Shown here piece by piece: positions 8,701 to 17,509 of a stretch of 64,000 nucleotides of DNA. The stretch comes from Alphaproteobacteria bacterium. GTDB lineage: Bacteria > Pseudomonadota > Alphaproteobacteria > SP197. The translations under genes were made by a program, and so were the position numbers. Each line of letters starts with the position of its first letter. Positions within the stretch are counted from its first letter, which is position 1. Location: contig OZ219747.1 of assembly GCA_964291265.2 (NCBI GenBank), forward strand, positions 3,296,001 to 3,360,000, written 5' to 3'. The notes under the pieces are model-generated. The model was given only the letters and a program-made list of their open reading frames with translations, did no database searches and was not told the origin of the DNA.

Positions 8701-10268
8701 CCTGCGGGTTGTCCTCCTCATCGTGGCCTTCAGCGTCTGCATGATCGCTTCCGGCGCCTTCGACGCATTTGCGGAAACAGGCGACGATGGATCGGCGGGT
8801 GGCGCGTCACCCTCCTGCGCGGAGTGGAACACCTTCGGTTTCTTCGAACACGCCGAGATAATGGATGTCTCCCGCTGCCTCGACGTCGGCGCCGACCCGA
8901 ATGAGCGGGATGAGGATGGATGGATGCCCCTGCACTACGCGGTGGCGTACATTGACACTCCGGCGATTGTCGAGGTGTTGCTCAACGCCGGCGCCGACCT
9001 GAATGCGCGGGGTGGCTTAGGTGGATGGACGCCCCTGCACGGGGCGGCGGCATTAGGCCGAAGTTCCAGGGCTGATCAGGCGCAAGTATATGATAGGAAT
9101 GACATTCGATGGATCTCAGAGGCGTCTGACTGGGTACACTACGGCTTTACGCCGAGGAGTTTGAGTGTTCTTCTCTGGAGCGGCGTGGGCCGCGTAGTGA
9201 CCTTGAAGGGCCCGGCGCCCGGCGAAGTGGAGCGCCACGGTGTTGCGGGTGATGGTGCGCTTCTTGACCTTTCCGACTTCGCGCCGGGGGCTCGTGGAGC
9301 ATGATGACGGGTGGGGGGGACTGGTTGAGGAGGGCTTTGATGCACATGGCTACCGTGCATGGGCGTACCGTGGACGTATGTCAAGCACAAGGTGCATTCA
9401 TACATGGGTACACTGTGAAGCCTGATGAATCAAACAAAGAACGCAAAATCAGTGAGTTGTTGTGAAGATCAGCAGGAAATCGTCCGGAACTTCGGATTAG
9501 GTGACACCCCGGCGGTTGTCGAGGCGCTCCTCGCTGCCGGCGCCGACCTGAATGCGCGGAATGAGGATGGATGGACGCCCCTGCACGGGGCGGCGGCCAA
9601 CAACGACACCCCGGCGGTCGCCGCTGCACCACGCGACGGCAAGATTCATTCGTCGAGACCGCGACATCGACCTCGACACTCCGGCGGTCGTCGAGGTATT
9701 GCTCAACGCGGGCGCCGACCCGAATGCGAGGGATGATGAGGGATGGACGCCTCTGCACAGGGCGGTATTCAACGGCATCCCGGTGGTTGTCGAAGTGTTC
9801 ATCAATGCAGGTGCCGATCTGAATGCGCAGGACCAGTTCGAATTCACGCCTCTGCACAGGGCGGTATTTGAAGTCGGCTACCTATCGGAAACCGCCGAGC
9901 ACTTGGCGGCTATCGAGCTGTTGCTCGACGCCGGCGCCGACCCGAATGTGCGGGATTATGAGGCATCGACGCCCCTGTACATCGCGGCAGGAGACCAAGG
10001 CGACGACAGCTTGGCGGCTCTCGAGCTGTTGCTCAACGCCGGTGCCGACCCGAATGCGCGGGGTAGGAAAGGATGGACGCCCCTGCACGCGGCGGGAATC
10101 CAAAACAACCCGGCGGCTTTCGCCCCGTTGCTAAACGCCAGTGCCGACCCAAATGCGCCGGATGATAAGGGAAATCTTCCCTGGGCGTCGTTCGACAACC
10201 GCCCGACGATTGCCGAGCTGTTGTGCAACGCTGGCTCCGAACATGTCCTTTGCGAGGCTCAACACTAA
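8700..10268 (+). pseudogene. Secreted ankyrin-repeat protein, disrupted by mini-IS and a frameshifting deletion
   Basis: Repeated LLNAGADPNARDxxGWTPLH units; N-cap CAEWNTFGFF...VSRCLDVGADPN. Split by the element at 9058-9495 and a frame change near 9620. Confidence 0.88.
9058..9495 (-). mobile_element. 438-bp internally deleted IS1634 derivative (MITE-like)
   Basis: Terminal IRs CCGAAGTTCC (9058-9067) / GGAACTTCGG (9486-9495); 6-bp direct repeat ATTAGG (9052-9057, 9496-9501). Encodes IS1634 N-terminal (GKVKKRT) and C-terminal (TRPTPLQRRTLKLLGV) remnants only. Confidence 0.88.
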
Positions 10269-10277
10269 TGTCACTAA

Positions 10278-11939
10278 GGGTGCAGTTCTCGTATGGCGAA
10301 GCCAAGTCATTGATTTATCGCGGTTGTACGGTCGCGATGGAGCGGCGAAAACGGGGTTTCGTGACAATTGCCCGTTTCAGGACCGGATTTTGTCACGATG
10401 GCAGGGCTTGGCGGTGGATGCGGGAACGCTCCGCACCGCAAGATGCGATATGATGCTAGCTTGAAACCACAACATCAGGAGCGCTCCCATGTCAGTGTCA
10501 CAGCTTCGGCCTTCCGCGTCCATCGATCTTTCCGGCTTGCCGCCTCGGGTTGTCGAAGCGGTCACGCAAGTGACCGCGGTGTGTCATCGACAGCTTGGTT
10601 CAGAGCGCTCTGCCGAGGCCTTCGAGGAAGCGGAGCGGCGGGTGCTTGAGAGCGTGCACGCGCTTGGCTGCGAGATCCTGGGTGCCTGTGCCGAGGCTCG
10701 GGACGACGGTGCGCCCCGGATCGAGCGGGACGGGCAGAACTGGTTCCGTGTGGCGCCGACGCCGAAGACGATCATGACCTCGCTCGGCCCGGTGACCTTT
10801 CGGCGTGCGCGCTACCGCACCGGCGGGCACCGCCGGTCGCTGATGCCGGTGGACGAAAGCCTGGGCCTCGTCGACGACTACCTGACACGGCCGGCGGCTC
10901 AGCTTGGGCTGATGATGATGGTCCACTGCACGGCGCGGGAAGCGGAGGCGTTCTTCGGCAAGCTCGGCGCCATGACGCCGTCTGTGAGCACCTTGCAGCG
11001 CTTGAGCCTGACCATGCAGGAGCGCTGGGAACGTCTCGGCCCGCAGGCCCTGGATGGCATCCGGGAAGCCGAGGACATTCCGCAGGACGCGGTCACCGCC
11101 TCGGTCTCGCTCGACGGCGTCATGGTGGCGCTGCGGGCCGGCGAGGACGGCCGTAGCGAGGCCTGCTGGCGCGAGGCGGCCTGTGGCACAGTCTCCTTCC
11201 ACGATGCCGACGGTGAGCGCCTGAAGACCGTCTATCTCGGCCGCATGCCCGAGCGCGGCAAGTGCACGCTGAAGGCGCAGCTGGCAAGCGAGGTCGCGCA
11301 TATCAGGCGCGAGCGTCCCGAGATCAGGATCAGCGCCATCGCCGACGCCGCCGCTGACAACTGGACCTTCCTCTCTGATCTTGATCCCGAAACCGAGGTG
11401 ATCGACTTCTGGCATGCCTGCGAGCATCTGCGCGTGGCGGCCGATCATGCAGCGGCGCCCCACTGGTTCGAGAAGTACCGCGAGATCCTGCGTCACGACC
11501 CCCGCGGCATCGACAGGGTGATCCGGGCGCTGCGCCACCTTCGCGACACCGCCAAGCCGGCGGGCCGAGCCGACATCGACAGGGAACTGGCCTTCTTCCG
11601 CAAGCATCGCCACCGCATGCGCTACCACGCACTGAAGCAACAGGGGATCGCCATCGGCTCGGGAGTTGTCGAGGCAGCCAACAAGACCCTCGTCACACAG
11701 CGCATGAAGCGCTCCGGCATGCGCTGGCGCATCGTCGGCGGACAAGCCGTTCTCACCTTCCGCGCCCTCATCAAATCCGGCCGCTTCGAAAGCGCGTGGA
11801 CAGCCATGATCGGGGCAGACGACGCACCAGCCAACGACAACATCAACCCACATCACACCCAGGCGCTGGCAGCATAAGATGAAACAATGGAATTAAGCCC
11901 ATAACTTAAAAGCATAACTGCCATACTAGACTCACACCC
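10278..11939 (+). mobile_element. ISKra4-like insertion sequence, apparently complete
   Basis: Imperfect IRs GGGTGCAGTTCTCGTATGGC / GCCATACTAGACTCACACCC; flanking direct repeat CACTAA (10272-10277, 11940-11945). Confidence 0.8.
10489..11877 (+). CDS. ISKra4/UPF0236-type DDE transposase
   Basis: SLDG, ADAAADNW, IDFWHACEHL, IGSGVVEAANK...RMKRSGMRW motifs; intact 462-aa ORF. Confidence 0.88.
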   Translation: MSVSQLRPSASIDLSGLPPRVVEAVTQVTAVCHRQLGSERSAEAFEEAERRVLESVHALGCEILGACAEARDDGAPRIERDGQNWFRVAPTPKTIMTSLGPVTFRRARYRTGGHRRSLMPVDESLGLVDDYLTRPAAQLGLMMMVHCTAREAEAFFGKLGAMTPSVSTLQRLSLTMQERWERLGPQALDGIREAEDIPQDAVTASVSLDGVMVALRAGEDGRSEACWREAACGTVSFHDADGERLKTVYLGRMPERGKCTLKAQLASEVAHIRRERPEIRISAIADAAADNWTFLSDLDPETEVIDFWHACEHLRVAADHAAAPHWFEKYREILRHDPRGIDRVIRALRHLRDTAKPAGRADIDRELAFFRKHRHRMRYHALKQQGIAIGSGVVEAANKTLVTQRMKRSGMRWRIVGGQAVLTFRALIKSGRFESAWTAMIGADDAPANDNINPHHTQALAA

Positions 11940-11945
11940 CACTAA

Positions 11946-12094
11946 TGAGGCTATGCCTCAGACCGACGAGAGACGTCGCGGAAGGGAAAGGACTCCGCCC
12001 GCTGTTCCGCTCTGCGGTGACCCGCCTGATACAGCCCGAGGGCTGGGTTGGTTATGATAACCATGTGGGGAACCCATCGTTCGGAGTCCAGAAG
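11946..12094 (+). other. Densely structured ~150-nt leader (candidate ncRNA or ssDNA structure)
   Basis: Hairpins at 11946-11960, 11964-11978, 12014-12025, 12032-12045, 12049-12063. Long-range pair GGACTCCG (11990-11997) / CGGAGTCC (12082-12089) covers the RBS. Confidence 0.5.
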
Positions 12095-13832
12095 ATGACG
12101 ATAGCACGGTCTGTTGGCGAGGTCCTTGAGAATCACGTGACGCTGGAGCTTGAGTGTCTGGACCGGCTGTATCTCAACGCCTATGTGCCAATGCTGCAGA
12201 CGGGTGGTGGCGCGGCCTGGTTCTTTCGGGAGGTCCGGGGCAATCCTGTTCCGTCATCGGCTCTGATGGCGCCGATGACGCGGCGCTTTGTGACGCGCCT
12301 GGAGCGGTTTGCCCGGGACCAGGGTGTCGACCTTGTCAGCTTCAGGAAGGGGGAGCGCAAGGATGATGTGACACAGAAGTATCTTCGCCTGTGGTCTGGC
12401 GGTGAAGGTGTCCTTTACGTCGGCAAGGCCCAGGAGAAGGCCCGTGTCCTGCGTACGCAGAAGCGCGTTGATCCGGCGACCGGCAGAGCGTCCTGCGAAT
12501 TGGTTCACAGCACGGCGATGGTCAATGCCTGGTACATCTACATCGTGGACGACGACTTCGGTCCCTGCTTCATCAAGTTCTGTTCCTACTTCCCGTACAA
12601 CGCCAAGCTGTGCCTCAACGGTCACGAATACCTGAAGCGTCAGCTGAGCAAGCGCGGGGTGGCCTTCGAGGCTCTCGACAACGGCATCTGGAGTTGTGCC
12701 GATCCTCGGATCATGCAGGCCGTGGCCGGGGAGATCGATGCCTCACGGATCGACGCGCTGTTCCGCAAGTGGACGGCATGTCTTCCCCATCCCTTCACCG
12801 ACGAGGACGCGATGAGGGGCATCCGCTACGACCTGTCGATTCTCCAGGCGGAGTGTGCGCTCACACAGGTGTTTGACCGTCCTCTTCACGGCCGGATTCT
12901 GTTCGAGGAGATCATGCGCGAGAACCTCGACATCGGCCGTCCTGACCATGTGCAGTTGATCTTCAACCGCCGTATCACACGGCGGACCACCTCGCGGTTC
13001 AGAACCCGCGTCATCACCGACGGCGTGCAGCCGTCGCTGCATGTGGATTACAAGCATTCGCGTATCAAGCAGTACTTCAAGGAAGGCCGTGCCCTGCGAA
13101 CGCAGAAGGTGATCAACAACACGTATGACTTCGGCATCAAGCGCAGACTGATCAACCTCGATGACCTCAAAGCCGTCGCTGCATGTGGATGACAAGCATT
13201 CGCGTATCAAGCAGTACTTCAAGGAAGGCCGTGCCCTGCGAACGCAGAAGGTGATCAACAACACGTATGACTTCGGCATCAAGCGCAGACTGATCAACCT
13301 CGATGACCTCAAGGAGGTCGGCTTCGACGCCACCCGACGTCTTCTCGACGTCCAACGCATCAGTCACGACTGTCCGATCGGAGCAGCCACTTTCGATGCC
13401 CTGCATCAACCTGTCGTCGTCGACGAACGTCGGGTATCCGCCCTGCGCTTCGGTGATCCACGCATCCAGGCAGTCCTCGCAGCCATCCTGCTGCATGTCT
13501 TCCTCCCCATGGGCTTCAACAACCGCCAGATGAGACAAGGCCGTTGCCGATCTCCTGTCGACCGATACCTATGGCTCACGTCAGGCCACCTATGATCTGC
13601 GGCGCCTGCGCCTGCGGGGCCTCATCGAGAGGATACCGTCATCCCATCGCTATCGTCTGACGCAAGAGGGCAGAGGATCGCTCTTGCCTATTGCCGCATC
13701 CACCGGCGGACACTCAGCCCTGCCCTGGCGGCGGCCTTCGATGACAAGGCGCCATCCAGGCTCGGACGCATCCTCCACTCGCTCGATGACGAGGTCAGCA
13801 AACTCTGGGAGGGACAGACCCTTGCCGCCTGA
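12095..13832 (+). pseudogene. Putative transposase of the family often annotated 'MarR family regulator' (C-terminal wHTH), frameshifted
   Basis: HVTLELECLDRLYLN...DFGPCFIKFCSYFPYNAKLCLNGHEY...RIKQYFKEGRALRT...LRFGDPR...YDLRRLRLRGLIERI. Broken by a 142-bp duplication and later frameshifts. Confidence 0.72.
13029..13312. repeat. 142-bp tandem duplication
   Basis: agccgtcgctgcatgtggat...gatgacctcaa at 13029-13170 and 13171-13312; one mismatch seen (gattac/gatgac). Confidence 0.92.
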
Positions 13833-14022
13833 ATATGTCCGTGATGAAAACTTGGCTCATCTGTGCACTATTGCCTTCATTCAAGGAATCTAGTGTGGTA
13901 GACTCTACTCTTCAGTCAATGGCCTGCTACGGAGGTAACGATGGCCGGTAACACCAAAGAACTGCAGTTTTGTTCATGCGCGCCCATAAGCAACTCCACA
14001 TTCTGGTGATCGAGACAACGCC

Positions 14023-14478
14023 ATGACCAGCATCGCCGAACACTACTGTGGCAAAATTCCTACTGGGTGTGTTGGAGGTCCGCCGAAGTGTCCGACGCCA
14101 GGCATGGACGTAGAGTTCTCGAATGTTTGCCACAGACATGTCCGAATTCCACAATGGACAATCATAACCTGTTCAGCAGCATCTATTTTTATTGGTTTCG
14201 TGATGAGCGTATTGTTGTTCTGGGTCACCTACGCGGAACAACAGAACATTGACAAAAAATGGGTGTTTTTTAGCCAGAGATTTGAAGCGTTTTTGTCGGA
14301 TACTGGAAATTTCCCAATTTTACTTCTTGTTGTGTTCGTTGTCATTTGGCATTTGGCAACAGTGGTTGCATGCCATAGAAAATATACATCTATTTCAGAC
14401 TATATTGTCGTCACTTTCGCTGTTCCCATGACAGGCATGACGGTTTTCGCAACGGTAGTACGGAGCATTATTGAGTAA
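14023..14478 (+). CDS. Hypothetical membrane protein (3 TM, Cys/His-rich N-terminus), AT-rich
   Basis: 151-aa ORF with three hydrophobic stretches; no family recognised. Confidence 0.6.
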   Translation: MTSIAEHYCGKIPTGCVGGPPKCPTPGMDVEFSNVCHRHVRIPQWTIITCSAASIFIGFVMSVLLFWVTYAEQQNIDKKWVFFSQRFEAFLSDTGNFPILLLVVFVVIWHLATVVACHRKYTSISDYIVVTFAVPMTGMTVFATVVRSIIE

Positions 14479-14530
14479 AACGATACGAAGTACTATTGAA
14501 TACAGCGTAAATAATGTAAGGAGGTTTGCA

Positions 14531-15091
14531 ATGCGCACAAGACATCTGACATTGGCTTTGCTATTCGGAATGGCAAGCGGCAGCAGTGCTGTCGTTGGTC
14601 AAGATTGCGTGTATGTCGAACCACACAATTGGAGGAGTGAAATGAAATTGGGCTTCGCCTATATTTTTAACCCTAAGCTTGCAGCAGAGGCAGAGGTTTT
14701 TCACATCTACAGTAATGAGAGTATATCCGGTCTATTTAAATCGGACGGTTCCCAGCTTAGTGAGCAGGACGGCTATGATGGCAATGAGGGACCGAATTTG
14801 ATGGTTTCGTGGGTGAATCCAGATACCGAACACGCTCTGATCTTGAGCGACCCCGCTTCACGTGGTGTCGCCAATGGCAACGAGATGGAACATGGAACAT
14901 GGGATGGTACTCTAGGTGGCCCTGAGGCGACGCAGTTCAGCGAGTGGCCGGTGTACTGGGCAGCTCAGGAAGAGTTGGAAGGAACCAATGTAGTGCCAGA
15001 GTACATGCTGATTCACTGGCCTGATGAGCATTCAATATCAACGACGGACTGGGACGAACTGATCGAAAAAGTTTGTAGTGCGTCGGAGTAA
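14531..15091 (+). CDS. Hypothetical secreted acidic protein, AT-rich
   Basis: RBS AAGGAGG at ~14518; signal-like MRTRHLTLALLFGMASGSSAVVG; no family recognised. Confidence 0.68.
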   Translation: MRTRHLTLALLFGMASGSSAVVGQDCVYVEPHNWRSEMKLGFAYIFNPKLAAEAEVFHIYSNESISGLFKSDGSQLSEQDGYDGNEGPNLMVSWVNPDTEHALILSDPASRGVANGNEMEHGTWDGTLGGPEATQFSEWPVYWAAQEELEGTNVVPEYMLIHWPDEHSISTTDWDELIEKVCSASE

Positions 15092-15282
15092 CTTCACAAC
15101 TTCGATTTGGACGAAGGCCGCTTCGCGGCCATGGGTGCTTGTGATCGAGCACTGTGCTGAGCGATCGATGTGAGTGGTTGTGTTGAGAGATCGCCGTTCC
15201 TGATGTTTCGATGATCTGATCGAGGCACCACACTTCCTGGTCTCCCGACTGTTCGGGAGGACCATCAACCAGGGAGTGAGAG

Positions 15283-16141
15283 ATGAAGGCAAAGGAAGTT
15301 TCGCCTCTGCGCCAGAAGACGATCGATGTGATGACGATGAAGGGTCTGTCGTCTGGCACGCAGGAGAACTATCTGCGTGAGATGACGATGTTCGACCTCC
15401 ATACCGGACATCAGCTGGAGAGTCAGACGGGCGAGGCGATCGGGGCCTGGATCCTGGAGCGGATTGGCAAGGGTCTGGCGCCGCGCACGACCAACGTCAC
15501 GGTGACGGCGATCCGCCTGTTCTATGATAGTGTGCTCGGTCAGCCCGAGAAGGTCGAACATCTGCGTTGTCGCCGGGTTCCCGACCGCCTGCCGCGGACG
15601 ATCCCTTCAAGAGGATGTCGAGCACCTGATCCAGGCGTTCACCGACGTACGCTACCGCACGGCAACCGTTGTTGCCTACGGCGCGGCGCTGCGCATCTCG
15701 GAAGTGGTGTCGCTGCAGGTCACGGACATCCGCCGTGAGCAAGGTCTCCTGCACATCCGCGAGAGCAAGGGCCACCACGAGCGCATGGCCTACCTGCCCG
15801 ACGCCGTGCTCAAGGAACTGGAGCGCTACTGGAAGACCACCTGGCCACGTCCCCAAAGCTGGCTCTTCTACAGCCACACGCCCGATACGCCGATCACCGT
15901 GAAAGGACTGCAGGCCGCCTTCCGAAGGGCCCGTGACCAAGTCGGCCTCGATCACGGGGTCACCTTTCACAGTCTGCGGCACGCGGCCGCAACACATCTT
16001 CTCGAAAGAGGTGCGCCGCAGAGTGTCGTGCAGGACGTCCTGGGACACAAGTCTCCGGAGACAACAAGGGTCTATGCCCGCACCACGGGCATCATGTTCC
16101 GCAAGCTCGACCACCCGGTGAAGGGGTTCCTGGCCGCCTGA
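15283..16141 (+). pseudogene. Tyrosine recombinase (IS91-associated type), single frameshift at ~15608
   Basis: N-terminal SPLRQKTID...GLSSGTQENY; catalytic LRISEV, SKG, HSLRHAAATHLLE, LGH...TTRVY in a second frame. Confidence 0.85.
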
Positions 16142-16145
16142 TCCC

Positions 16146-16330
16146 TTGACCCGTCCCACCCCCGGCGTGGCGGACATCATTCGCCACGCCGGACCCGGCT
16201 TCCGCGTCACCCACGCCGGACGGCTGAACGCGCTCTCGTGCGAGGTGCTTGACCGCATCGCATCCTGCCGCACGGCGGAACTCGGCGGTCACCTCTACCA
16301 GTGCACCCGCTGCGAGCGCTTCCATGTCGC
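16146..16330 (+). pseudogene. IS91-family transposase N-terminal Zn-binding fragment
   Basis: VADIIR...IASCRTAELGGHLYQCTRC, directly after the integrase; truncated. Confidence 0.8.
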
Positions 16331-16458
16331 ACCCGAAAGTTCTCTCCGTTCCGCCTCGTCCAGGGTCACCACGTAGCGTTTCATACTCCGGCCTCCGTCC
16401 CGAATGGACGGACAGTCTAGCACCAAATATACGACATATCATTATTGACATGACACTA
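16330..16458 (-). mobile_element. IS630-family left end and transposase N-terminal fragment
   Basis: TAGTGTCATGTCAATAAT end on minus strand; RBS GGAG; MKRYVVTLDEAERRELS from ATG 16384. Confidence 0.68.
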
Positions 16459-16499
16459 GCGCTGCCATGTCATGATAAATCAGGTCTGAACGTGCTGCT

Positions 16500-16740
16500 T
16501 GGTCTGCGCTGGCTTGCCGCCATGATGGCACGATCCAGCATTCTTCACACTCTGCGCGAGGACGGGGCTGGGCTCGCGTTGCTGCCATCCTGTGGCAGGA
16601 GCAGCACTCCGGCCGTCGGACTGCGAGCCGCCGGGTCTGCGAGGAGTTTTCGTTCCGGGACGCGGCGGGGCGTTGGCAGATGTCGAGTTGTCTGAAGGCC
16701 CTGACCACGTTGGCATTGTCGTATCCGACAGATCCGGCTT
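16500..16740 (+). pseudogene. N-terminal remnant of DUF4338-type (IS4-associated) protein
   Basis: RRVCEEFSFRDAAGRWQMSSCLKAL resembles the N-terminal region of DUF4338-containing proteins. Confidence 0.5.
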
Positions 16741-16759
16741 CCGGCGGCGCAGGCTGCTG

Positions 16760-17383
16760 CCGTGGACAACTCTCCGCGTCTTCTTGACGGAGAAGTGCCG
16801 CTGCCGGTCGGGGTGCCGTCCCGTCTGTCCGGGATGGCGCAGGTGCGGTTGTCGGTGGTGACCGGGGTTTCGGAGGATGCGGTATGGAACACCATCACCC
16901 GGGACAGGCTCGATCTTGCGGATGATCTCCTGCGTCCATGCAAGGGGAATGTCCTTTCTGAACTCATGGCGACGATCCTGCCAATCCGGCCTTCCTCGAT
17001 GGTCTGTTTCGCCATGCGGTAACGCGGATTGCAAAGGCAGACATGCCCCACTTGCAGGATGCCCCGGCCAGAACGCGCTGCATCGGGACTCCGTCTGCAT
17101 TCGCCAAGGTCCATGGCCATCGGCCTTGAACACGTGCTTGCCGGCTTCAAGTGCTGCGCACGCAGGCGCCACTGGGTGACGATGGAAATGGCGTCGATGG
17201 ACGGGTCAGAGATGATCTCGCGACAGTCCGTTGCCGTTATCCCGACGCCGAACTTCTCCGATGTCTCCTGCAGGCGTTCCGGACGCCTGGTGCAAGGGCA
17301 TTCGGAGTCCCTGCGATGATCTCGCAGTGAACGTCGCCAGGTCAGCCGGGTCCGATCACCGCAGTCTTCAGTCCATTCTTCAC
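16760..17383 (-). pseudogene. Gfo/Idh/MocA oxidoreductase, degraded
   Basis: KTAVIGPG...DPSIDAISIVT...KHVF..PMA...LQVGHV...NPRY...IEEGRIGRI, with stops and frameshifts; 3' end lost. Confidence 0.78.
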
Positions 17384-17509
17384 GAACCCCTCCCCTGTTC
17401 TCGCGGATGCAGACTGCCGCCTCGCCTCGCCTCGCACTCCGTCGCCGCCGTTGGCGGCGTGGTTCACAGTTGGTAGTCTGTTGCTGGAAACCTCTGGGGA
17501 GAGTGTCCG

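Larger units (their letters stand above)
11946..13893 (+). mobile_element. TIR-less IS-like element with structured 5' leader, bounded by CTAA ... CTAG
   Basis: Starts with hairpin TGAGGC-TAT-GCCTCA right after CTAA and ends ...CAAGGAATCTAG. Composition shifts to AT-richer DNA after 13893. Boundaries inferred. Confidence 0.55.

Noticed and set aside
8880-10160. CRISPR-like periodic repeats
   Set aside because: The ~100-bp periodicity is coding ankyrin framework; no cas genes.
3648-10268. Diversity-generating retroelement explanation for variable MORN/ankyrin repeats
   Set aside because: No reverse transcriptase in the window, no non-coding template repeat, and differences are not restricted to adenines.
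13894-15150. Integron gene cassettes
   Set aside because: No convincing RYYYAAC...GTTRRRY attC pair was found by eye, and the neighbouring integrase does not look like IntI.
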